Positions 31,182 through 38,836 of a DNA stretch of 64,000 nucleotides are shown here, piece by piece (within the stretch, counting starts at the first letter, position 1; the number at the start of each line of letters is the position of its first letter). Origin of the DNA: Candidatus Obscuribacterales bacterium. GTDB lineage: Bacteria; Cyanobacteriota; Vampirovibrionia; Obscuribacterales; Obscuribacteraceae. The translations under genes were made by a program, and so were the position numbers. The notes beneath the pieces are model-generated. The model was not told the origin of the DNA, searched no databases, and worked only from the letters and a program-made list of their open reading frames with translations. The stretch spans positions 1,632,001 to 1,696,000 of the forward strand of contig CBDDIJ010000002.1 in NCBI GenBank assembly GCA_965228855.1, in the 5' to 3' direction.

Positions 31182-31808
31182 TTAGCTCGCTACGGTTGAC
31201 GATGTGACCAGTGCGAGTTGGGGAACGTGTGTCTCGATTGGAAGTTCGAGACGGAGTTGGTATTCGCCCGGCGGTTCGAAGCAGTGAATGCAACGTGCTT
31301 CGTACTGAGCGTCGCCAACAAGAATTTGTTCGTCGGAATGAACCATGCGTTGAGTGCGGCATGCGAAATCGGAACCGCACTTGCGGCAAACTGCAAGCAG
31401 TTTATCCACGCGATCGGCCATTGCCATCAGCTGCGGTACTACACCGAAAGCTTGACCACGATAGTCGAGGTCGAGACCGGAGACTATCAGTTTCTTTTTC
31501 TGTCTCAAAAGCATCTGGACGACGCCGATGAGGTCATCACTGAAGAATTGCGCTTCATCAATTCCAATTACAACTGCATGCGAGGAATATTTCAAAATTT
31601 CTTTCGGTTCTGCCACGACAATGGCTTGTGAAGCCAATCCGTTGCGTGACTCAACTTGATTTGGTTTCGAGCGCGTATCGGTTTTTGGGCGCACGATGAT
31701 TGTTGGCAAATAAGCGAGGCGAGCTCTCTCAATTCTTCGAATGAGTTCGCTGGATTTTCCGGCGCTCATGCATCCGACTATGACTTCGAATCTATATCCG
31801 CTCAGCAT
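31182..31808 (-). CDS. tdk: thymidine kinase (type II)
   Basis: GCMSAGKS, IDEAQFF, GLDLDYRG, CRKC and CIHC Zn-lasso. Confidence 0.95.
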   Translation of the reverse strand: MLSGYRFEVIVGCMSAGKSSELIRRIERARLAYLPTIIVRPKTDTRSKPNQVESRNGLASQAIVVAEPKEILKYSSHAVVIGIDEAQFFSDDLIGVVQMLLRQKKKLIVSGLDLDYRGQAFGVVPQLMAMADRVDKLLAVCRKCGSDFACRTQRMVHSDEQILVGDAQYEARCIHCFEPPGEYQLRLELPIETHVPQLALVTSSTVAS

Positions 31809-31993
31809 TCAGTAATCTGTCTCCGGTATATTGGCGGGATGCCTTTTGGCGCTTGGCTAGGTCTGAAAACCAGTGATAGTAATCGTTTCGGTCCCAAACG
31901 CGAAACCTATGTTAACCAAATTCACGCGCCGGAGGGTTCGACAATATTAATCTGATCTGTCGATCAGACTGTCACAAACCCTGATCTGGTGCC

Positions 31994-33445
31994 CTACTCA
32001 GGGTTCTCAGGAGGCGTTCCGGGCTCTAATAAATGTGGCGTGGTCAAATATTTGTAATGGAATATCTTGTCAAGAGAACCCTTGGAGATGGTTGTTGTGC
32101 TTTGCAAAAATTCTCGAACGTCGATTTTTTGTGCCCTGGCTGAATCGATGATTTCGATTGCCTTCTGATAGCCCACTTCTGTGGTCAACGCGGCAATTAA
32201 TGCCGATGAGCGATCGAGAGTTTCTCTACATTTAAATGTATCTGCCGTGATCTTGATCAAACAATGATGGTTGAAAATGTCGAGCGCCGTTTGAAGCATC
32301 GATACGGAAACGAGAATGTTGTCGATGATGACGGGTGTCAATGTATTGTTCTCTAATTGCCCAGCCTGCGCGGCTAAACAGACAACATGATCGTTGCCGA
32401 TTACCTGGTAACAAACCATCAATAGCGATTCTGTAAGAGGCGGAATTCCCGTTTTTGGTAGAACATCCGGCCACAATGATGACGGTTGTAGTATGGAATC
32501 CGGTAGTTTTATCTCGCCGAAACCGGCTGTAGGTCCAGATCCCATTAAACGAAGGTCGGTCGCGATCTTTGCCAGGTCCGCCGCCAATTCTCTTAATGAG
32601 CTTGAAACAGCTACAAAGTCACTCATCGATTGAGTAAGCCGAAAGTAATCATCTGCGGCTCGCAGAGAGAATCCTGTAAGTTGAGAGAGGTGTCGAACGA
32701 CGACGTTATGAAAGTCAGGTGCGGTATTAAATCCGGTGCCGACGGAACGACCACCCAGTCCAATTTCCTCAAGGTGATGACTCGCATCCTTGATTCTTCG
32801 CAGCCCGTGCTCGATTGTGGAGCCGAAGCAATTGAACTCTTGCCCGAGTGTGATCGGCGCATCGTCGCGCAAAGCTGTTCGCCCGACTTTTACCACACGC
32901 TCGAACTCCAGACTTTTACGTCGCAACAGCCGCTCCATCTCAAGTACGGTCGCTTGAAGTTTTTTCGTCGAGGACAAACATGCGATTCGCATTGCCGTTG
33001 TATAAACGTCGCTAGTCGATTGCGACAGACTTACGTGTTTCGTCGCATTTACTGAAACTAAGGATTCAAGCGAGTCTCCGAGGATCTCAGATGCGCGATT
33101 AGCGATCACTTCGTTGATGTTTATAATCAAACCAGAGCCCGCGCCACCATGCACGGCATCAACAACAAACTGCTCGCGCCACTGCCCGCTTAAGATTTCA
33201 TCGCAAACTTGAGTGATTGCCGACACTATCTGTCGAGGAAGTAAACCAAGTTCGCCATTGGTTTGAGCACATGCTTTTTTGACCTGGACGACTGCCTCGA
33301 TTAGCAGAGAATGGCTTGGACGCCCCGTCGCGCTGAAGATTTCGAGCGCACGGCTGGTGCCAATTCCCCAGTAACAGCCGGCGGGGATCGTAACTTCGCC
33401 GAGTTCGTCGGTTTCTATTCGGGCTTGACCTTTGCGGGATGCCAT
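31994..33445 (-). CDS. aspartate ammonia-lyase/fumarase-family homologue with degenerate active site
   Basis: RIETDELG, YWG, NEVIANRA, TLGQEF, LMGSGP-x-AGFGEI and GQLE motifs present; catalytic motifs altered. Confidence 0.85.
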   Translation of the reverse strand: MASRKGQARIETDELGEVTIPAGCYWGIGTSRALEIFSATGRPSHSLLIEAVVQVKKACAQTNGELGLLPRQIVSAITQVCDEILSGQWREQFVVDAVHGGAGSGLIININEVIANRASEILGDSLESLVSVNATKHVSLSQSTSDVYTTAMRIACLSSTKKLQATVLEMERLLRRKSLEFERVVKVGRTALRDDAPITLGQEFNCFGSTIEHGLRRIKDASHHLEEIGLGGRSVGTGFNTAPDFHNVVVRHLSQLTGFSLRAADDYFRLTQSMSDFVAVSSSLRELAADLAKIATDLRLMGSGPTAGFGEIKLPDSILQPSSLWPDVLPKTGIPPLTESLLMVCYQVIGNDHVVCLAAQAGQLENNTLTPVIIDNILVSVSMLQTALDIFNHHCLIKITADTFKCRETLDRSSALIAALTTEVGYQKAIEIIDSARAQKIDVREFLQSTTTISKGSLDKIFHYKYLTTPHLLEPGTPPENPE

Positions 33446-33521
33446 TAATTTGTCAGGAGTTTCTGGGACGTGAGGCGCTACAGCATACCCGATTGAAGGT
33501 CTGAAGAGACAAAGCTGACTG

Positions 33522-35081
33522 TCATTTCAATTCTTTAGCAAGGTCTTGTGCAAGGTTGTTCAACTGTGGGGAACGGTCGCGCGCGTCCTCGCTCAAGAGT
33601 GGTGCCAGTTCGTTTCGCGCCTCCTCTTTTGAACCTAGAGCTGCAAGCGAGAGCGCTTTCAGATAAGGCAGGGAGGCGTCGGAGTATCCAAGCGATTCCG
33701 CCTTGCGCAAGTTCTTCAGGGCGTCGTTGTAATCGCCCTTCATTAGCTGCGCCCGGCCCAATTGCAGATGAGCGGCACCGCTGCTCGGGTCGATCTCAAT
33801 TGCTTTTTGATACTCGATAATCGCGTCTGGTACGAAGTTCAATTTCATGTACGAGTTTCCAAGATTCGTGCGAAGCTCGGCTGAATCCATACCAACGGTC
33901 TTGGCGCGCTCAAGGCTTTCCATGTAGTCCTTGACGGCGCGAGACGGATCGCCGGATTCGTCGTACGCGAGACCTCGATAGAAGTACACGGAGAGATTGC
34001 GAGGTCTTAACTTCACTGCTTTATCCAGGGGCTCGACTGCGAAGGCGGGGTTGCCTGCAGAAATCAGTTGACGTGCCGAGCCTACGTTTTTCAAGAACTC
34101 CGTCATGTTGTCACTGGGGGCGTCTGAGCCGTTCTGGCTGTTGAAGGCTGCAGCCGGAGGAGCCGGGCGCTGAGTTTGGTTTAAGTTTGAAAACGGCGGC
34201 GGCTGTTGAGAAAACTGCTGGGGCGGCTGGGTTTGCGCGAAGGGACCAGGCGGCTGTTGTGGGTACGGTGCAGGAAACTGCCCCGGCGGTTGACCCTGAG
34301 AGAATGGCGGCATCGTTTGCTGAGGCGGATAGCCTTGCTGAGCGGATGGCGGCATGGTTTGCTGAGGCGGATAGCCTTGCTGAGCGGATGGCGGCATCGT
34401 TTGCTGAGGCGGATAGCTTTGCTGAGCGGATGGAGTTTGTTGATAGAAAGGGCGTTGCACGGGATACGGCTGTTGATAGCCGTAAGCTGGTTGATTGGGA
34501 TAGCTCTGCGGCCGGGGCGCGCTCTGGAAAGGAGCTAGTGGCGCTGGTTGCCCGAGCTGCGCGTATGGTTGTCCGGGATAGGATTGACCGGAGAATGGCG
34601 GCGGAGGCTGTCGTTGATAATTTGGCGGCGGTGGAAACTGAGAAGCATAAGCAGGCGGATATTGCCCATAGCCAGGCGGCGCCTGATTTGGTGCTGTCTG
34701 GACTGCTGGCGGCATTGTTGTTTGACTGGGAGCCGGAAGCGGTTGTTTACTCTGAAGACCAGATTGCATCTCAGGTTTAGCGCTCGGTGGTCCACCTTCC
34801 GGTCCGTTCTCGACACTCGGAGTTTGGGGCTCAAGTTTCTCGGCGCCTTTTGAAACAGGCTTTACCACGGGCTTGGCGGGGGCGGTTGGTTTCACCGCCG
34901 CCGACTTTGCAGAGCTTGTCGAAGGCTTCGCTTCGCTTTTGCCGGTTGCTGGTCGTGCCTTCTCTTTAGTTGGTGGCACAGGTTTCGCGACGGCGCTCAT
35001 CTGCGCATGAGCGTGATCTGAGACCGCGCAGAAGGCCGCGGTCACCGAAGTCATGAGTGCTAGTAATTTTTTCGTCAACAC
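33522..35081 (-). CDS. secreted P/Q-rich protein with C-terminal TPRs
   Basis: signal peptide (AHA-Q), long P/Q/Y-rich region, about 5 TPRs. Confidence 0.85.
   Translation of the reverse strand: MLTKKLLALMTSVTAAFCAVSDHAHAQMSAVAKPVPPTKEKARPATGKSEAKPSTSSAKSAAVKPTAPAKPVVKPVSKGAEKLEPQTPSVENGPEGGPPSAKPEMQSGLQSKQPLPAPSQTTMPPAVQTAPNQAPPGYGQYPPAYASQFPPPPNYQRQPPPPFSGQSYPGQPYAQLGQPAPLAPFQSAPRPQSYPNQPAYGYQQPYPVQRPFYQQTPSAQQSYPPQQTMPPSAQQGYPPQQTMPPSAQQGYPPQQTMPPFSQGQPPGQFPAPYPQQPPGPFAQTQPPQQFSQQPPPFSNLNQTQRPAPPAAAFNSQNGSDAPSDNMTEFLKNVGSARQLISAGNPAFAVEPLDKAVKLRPRNLSVYFYRGLAYDESGDPSRAVKDYMESLERAKTVGMDSAELRTNLGNSYMKLNFVPDAIIEYQKAIEIDPSSGAAHLQLGRAQLMKGDYNDALKNLRKAESLGYSDASLPYLKALSLAALGSKEEARNELAPLLSEDARDRSPQLNNLAQDLAKELK
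34306..34433 (-). repeat. in-frame 42-bp repeat, 3 copies (PSAQQxYPPQQTMP)
   Basis: gctgaggcggatagc...gctgagcggatgg recurs every 42 bp. Confidence 0.9.
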
Positions 35082-35248
35082 TTGGATTTACAGTATCTCA
35101 AATGGCTGGTTGCTGCTACCAAACCGTTTCCATCGATTTCGCTCAAGACCTCTCTTTGGGTCGGGCGTCCGATTTTTAACTGGCTTCAGGAACGGTCCGT
35201 ACATAAATTCTTACACATGCTAGCCTTTCAACAATTTAGAATTCAGGC

Positions 35249-35563
35249 ATGGGGCTGGAAGACGAAATTCAATGTATCGAAGGTGGGCAGTCGCACTGCA
35301 GCCAGTGCCAGCAGCCGCTTTGCGTGCGTAAGCAGGTCATCAATCTCGCTTTAGGTAATGTGGATGCAATGTTTTGTCTCGACTGCCTGGGCAAGGACAG
35401 CGACCGCGAGCCTCTGGAAGTGCTCACGGGCGTCAAAAGTTACGTTCTTTCGCGTCCGTGTTTCAAAAAGGAATGGGTGAAGTATCCTGATCGGACTCAC
35501 TGTCCGCAGCCGCAGAGCTGCTTTTCGGAAGCGTGTTTCGAAGACGACGATCAGGATGAGTGA
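35249..35563 (+). CDS. small Cys-rich (metal-binding?) protein
   Basis: 104 aa with 10 Cys including two CxxC (CSQC, CLDC). Confidence 0.7.
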   Translation: MGLEDEIQCIEGGQSHCSQCQQPLCVRKQVINLALGNVDAMFCLDCLGKDSDREPLEVLTGVKSYVLSRPCFKKEWVKYPDRTHCPQPQSCFSEACFEDDDQDE

Positions 35564-35587
35564 GTTTTCACATGGTTGAGGTTTCAG

Positions 35588-35815
35588 ATGGCTGATTACG
35601 AGCTGGATTTGCGTGGCGTCGCCTGTCCGATGAATTTCGTTAAGACAAGACTGTTTCTCGACAAGATCGCAAGCGGTGATGTCGTCAAAGTTTTACTGGA
35701 TGCCGGTGAACCTTTAGAAAGCGTCAGCTCAAGCATTGAGAGCGAAGGTCATAAGCTCGAGGAAACCGTGAAACTTTCGGACGAGCACTTCAGTCTAATG
35801 ATTCGCAAGGCTTAG
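35588..35815 (+). CDS. TusA/SirA-family sulfur carrier
   Basis: LDLRGVACPMNF motif; GAGG RBS before the ATG at 35588. Confidence 0.9.
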   Translation: MADYELDLRGVACPMNFVKTRLFLDKIASGDVVKVLLDAGEPLESVSSSIESEGHKLEETVKLSDEHFSLMIRKA

Positions 35816-35979
35816 TTGGCTGACCGATAAGGTCGAAACCAGGCAAGGCTGAGCTCTTTAGTCTGTTGCGTTAAGTACCTTGTTGACAAATCCCCGAAAA
35901 ATCAACTATAACCGACCCTTATCCGCTGGATTAGAGCCCGTTCGGGCGAGAGATTCCGAGTCGGTCTAGAATCATTTGC

Positions 35980-36660
35980 ATGCGCAGAAAAATTTCTACT
36001 AATAATGTTTTGGTTGCAACCGCGGTGTTGGTTGCCTTGAGCGCGCCAGCCGCGTTTGCACAGGGCGCGACGACCGCGCATGCTCACATGACGCCGGAAG
36101 AGGCTCGCCGACTGGCTGACAATGATCCAGCCAATCCAAAGCTCAAGTTTCAATACGCTGAAGCTCTTCGTCACGCGGGTAAAACCAGCGAAGCTCTCAA
36201 AGAGTATGTTCAGGTTACCGAGATGGATCCCACGAACTATGTGGCTTATCACCAGATAGCGCTGGCGTCACCGGATGCGAAAACTCTGTCCGAATCTATC
36301 AAGCGTTTGACGCACTTGATGTCCGACAAACCCAAAGAGCTGATGCTGCGTGTCGCGCTTTCAGAATTGCTTGAAACCGACGGAGAATACTTCCAGGCCT
36401 CAAAGGTGCTTGTGGACCTGGTTTTCGATAATGCGGTCCCACCTAAATTTACTGCAAAGGTAAACAGTCGTATTCGTTTCCTTCAATCAAAGGCGCGCGG
36501 TGAGCACGCCAACCGCAAAGTCGCGGATACGCATCATAAGACGGATAACGCGCCGCCGCTTCCGTTGCCCGAAGAAAACCTATCGCGTGGTTTGTCCGCC
36601 TCGCGCCTTGAAAAGGGGCATGAAGTCGACGGTTTTGGACATTCACTCCTGCAACACTAA
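35980..36660 (+). CDS. secreted TPR protein
   Basis: signal peptide (AFA-Q) and TPR-like helices. Confidence 0.75.
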   Translation: MRRKISTNNVLVATAVLVALSAPAAFAQGATTAHAHMTPEEARRLADNDPANPKLKFQYAEALRHAGKTSEALKEYVQVTEMDPTNYVAYHQIALASPDAKTLSESIKRLTHLMSDKPKELMLRVALSELLETDGEYFQASKVLVDLVFDNAVPPKFTAKVNSRIRFLQSKARGEHANRKVADTHHKTDNAPPLPLPEENLSRGLSASRLEKGHEVDGFGHSLLQH

Positions 36661-36675
36661 AGTTTCTAAACTGAG

Positions 36676-37437
36676 ATGGCGATCATGAAAAAACAAATTT
36701 TGAAAACGCCAACTCTGCTAGATCGACAATCCATGCGAATCCTGGGTGCTCTTTTGGCGCTGACGGCTGTTACTGGTTGTCACGGCAGTTTTGATACCGA
36801 GAAGTTGTCGAAGGTCGAATATGCAAAGAAGGCGCCGTATGAGACTCCTGATGCGCCTTCCCAGAGACCTGTCGTTGGGTCCGATCCTTCCAATGCGTCT
36901 CAGGTTTCGGCTGAAGCGAACATGGCAAAGGAACAAGCCGTTGCGAATGGTTGTCTCGCTGCCTGGCGCAAAGCCTATCGAGACAAGGATGAAGAGGGCT
37001 CGATGAAAATGCTTGAGGAGCTGGACAAAAAATATACCGGCATCTCGACAGTTCAGTTCATGATGGGGCAAGTCAAAGACTATTTCCATAAGCCCGAAGA
37101 AGCGCTGGAGCACTACAAGCGCGCCCACAGCACTAATGAGTTCAGCTCCATGCAGACATTCAAGCTCGCGGAAGCTACTCGCAAATCCGGAGATGCTAAG
37201 GGTTCGATCGTCTACTACAAGAAACTGCTTGAGAATCTCGACCGCGCCACCACCGATTATTCGATGTCAAACATGGAGCAGCTACGCTCTTCAGTGCGGC
37301 TTGGTTTAGTCAAAGCGTATAAGGACTGCAAGCAGAACAGCGAGGCGAAAGCTGAGCTCGACAAAGTTTTGAAAGTCGATGCAAATAATGCAGAGGCTAA
37401 ATCGCTTCTTAAGGAACTCGAAAATACCCGGAAGTAA
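36676..37437 (+). CDS. TPR lipoprotein
   Basis: lipobox-like LALTAVTGC and TPR-like helices. Confidence 0.75.
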   Translation: MAIMKKQILKTPTLLDRQSMRILGALLALTAVTGCHGSFDTEKLSKVEYAKKAPYETPDAPSQRPVVGSDPSNASQVSAEANMAKEQAVANGCLAAWRKAYRDKDEEGSMKMLEELDKKYTGISTVQFMMGQVKDYFHKPEEALEHYKRAHSTNEFSSMQTFKLAEATRKSGDAKGSIVYYKKLLENLDRATTDYSMSNMEQLRSSVRLGLVKAYKDCKQNSEAKAELDKVLKVDANNAEAKSLLKELENTRK

Positions 37438-37495
37438 GCGGCTTCTGTCGTACAATTAATCTCGAAGGGCACAGTTGCATTCGGGGGAGTTACCG

Positions 37496-38626
37496 ATGGT
37501 CAAAGAGATCGTGGAGCACCAGGCGGAAAAATCTGCCGTGGAAGAAATCAGAGTTGACGGTTTCGACCATACGGAATTCTATGTAGGCAATGCTTTGCAG
37601 GCTTGCTACTACTATCACCACGGATTTGGTTTCGACATCGTTGGATACAAGGGGTTAGAAACCGGTCACCGCGATCGCGTTTCCTACGTGCTCCAACAAG
37701 GTAATGTCAAAATTGTTTTGACAGGTGCTTTGAATGCTGACAGTGACATCGCTGAGCACGTACATCGGCATGGTGACGGCGTTAAGACGATTGGCATGAA
37801 GGTGCGCGACGCCAGGCTTGCTTATGAAACTGCCATCGCCCGCGGTGCTAAGAGTTTTGCTGAGCCGTCCGAAGTTACCGATGATTATGGCACCATGGTG
37901 ACTGCATCTGTTCACACATACGGTGACACCATCCATACTTTCGTCGATCGCTCGAACTACAGCAAAGAAAATTTCGCTCCTGGTTTTAAACCGATTCAAG
38001 GTAAAGCTGATGGTGGCGTCGGGCTTGCCGCCATCGATCACGTAGTTGGAAACGTAGAAGTGGACCGCATGGAGCACTGGGTTGATTTCTACAAAAAGGT
38101 TTTCGGATTTTACGTCTATCAATACTTTGACGCCAACGACATCTCGACGAAGTATTCGGCGCTGGTATCGAAGGTGATGGCAAACAGAACCGGCTCCATC
38201 AAACTTCCGCTCAATGAACCAGCAGTCGGAATTCGCAAATCTCAGATTCAAGAATATCTGGACTATTATCTGGCTCCCGGTGTTCAACACATCGCTATTG
38301 CTACCCGCGACATCATTAAGACAGTCGGAGCGTTGCACGAGCGTGGCATCGAATTCCTGACCGTTCCCCGTTCATATTACGATGCGCTTCCGGAGCGCGT
38401 AGGCGAAATTGACGAAGATATTGAAGAGCTCGCTAAGCTCGGTATTCTTGTTGATAGAGAATCAGAAGGTTATCTGCTTCAGATCTTCACCAAGCCTGTG
38501 GAAGACAGACCGACTTTGTTCTTTGAAATTATTCAACGCAAAGGCGCGCATGGTTTCGGCAAAGGAAACTTTAAAGCGCTGTTTGAATCGATTGAGCGCG
38601 AACAGGCTAATCGCGGCAACCTCTAG
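37496..38626 (+). CDS. hppD: 4-hydroxyphenylpyruvate dioxygenase
   Basis: HGDGV, IDHVVGN, SQIQEYL, GVQHIA, LLQIFT and FFEIIQRKG-x2-GFGKGNF; GGGGAG RBS. Confidence 0.96.
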   Translation: MVKEIVEHQAEKSAVEEIRVDGFDHTEFYVGNALQACYYYHHGFGFDIVGYKGLETGHRDRVSYVLQQGNVKIVLTGALNADSDIAEHVHRHGDGVKTIGMKVRDARLAYETAIARGAKSFAEPSEVTDDYGTMVTASVHTYGDTIHTFVDRSNYSKENFAPGFKPIQGKADGGVGLAAIDHVVGNVEVDRMEHWVDFYKKVFGFYVYQYFDANDISTKYSALVSKVMANRTGSIKLPLNEPAVGIRKSQIQEYLDYYLAPGVQHIAIATRDIIKTVGALHERGIEFLTVPRSYYDALPERVGEIDEDIEELAKLGILVDRESEGYLLQIFTKPVEDRPTLFFEIIQRKGAHGFGKGNFKALFESIEREQANRGNL

Positions 38627-38745
38627 GTACTTCTGGATACCTCTAGAGCGCTAGATACTTCTAGATCTCTAGATAATTTTAGATGTCTAGATACCTCTAG
38701 ATACGCGTCTTAGAGCTAAAGACGTCTACAGCTAAAAGCGCTAAC
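38621..38745. repeat. degenerate ~10-bp CTAGATAC-type tandem array
   Basis: ctctaggtac ttctggatac ctctagagcg ctagatactt ctagatct ctagataa...ctagatacct ctagatac. Confidence 0.8.
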
Positions 38746-38836
38746 CGACAGCGAAAAAACTCTAGGGTAAATCCCTCTTGATAACCTGGTGCGACCGGAT
38801 TTAATCTGGTCGCACACTTAGTATTCGAGGGCAAGG

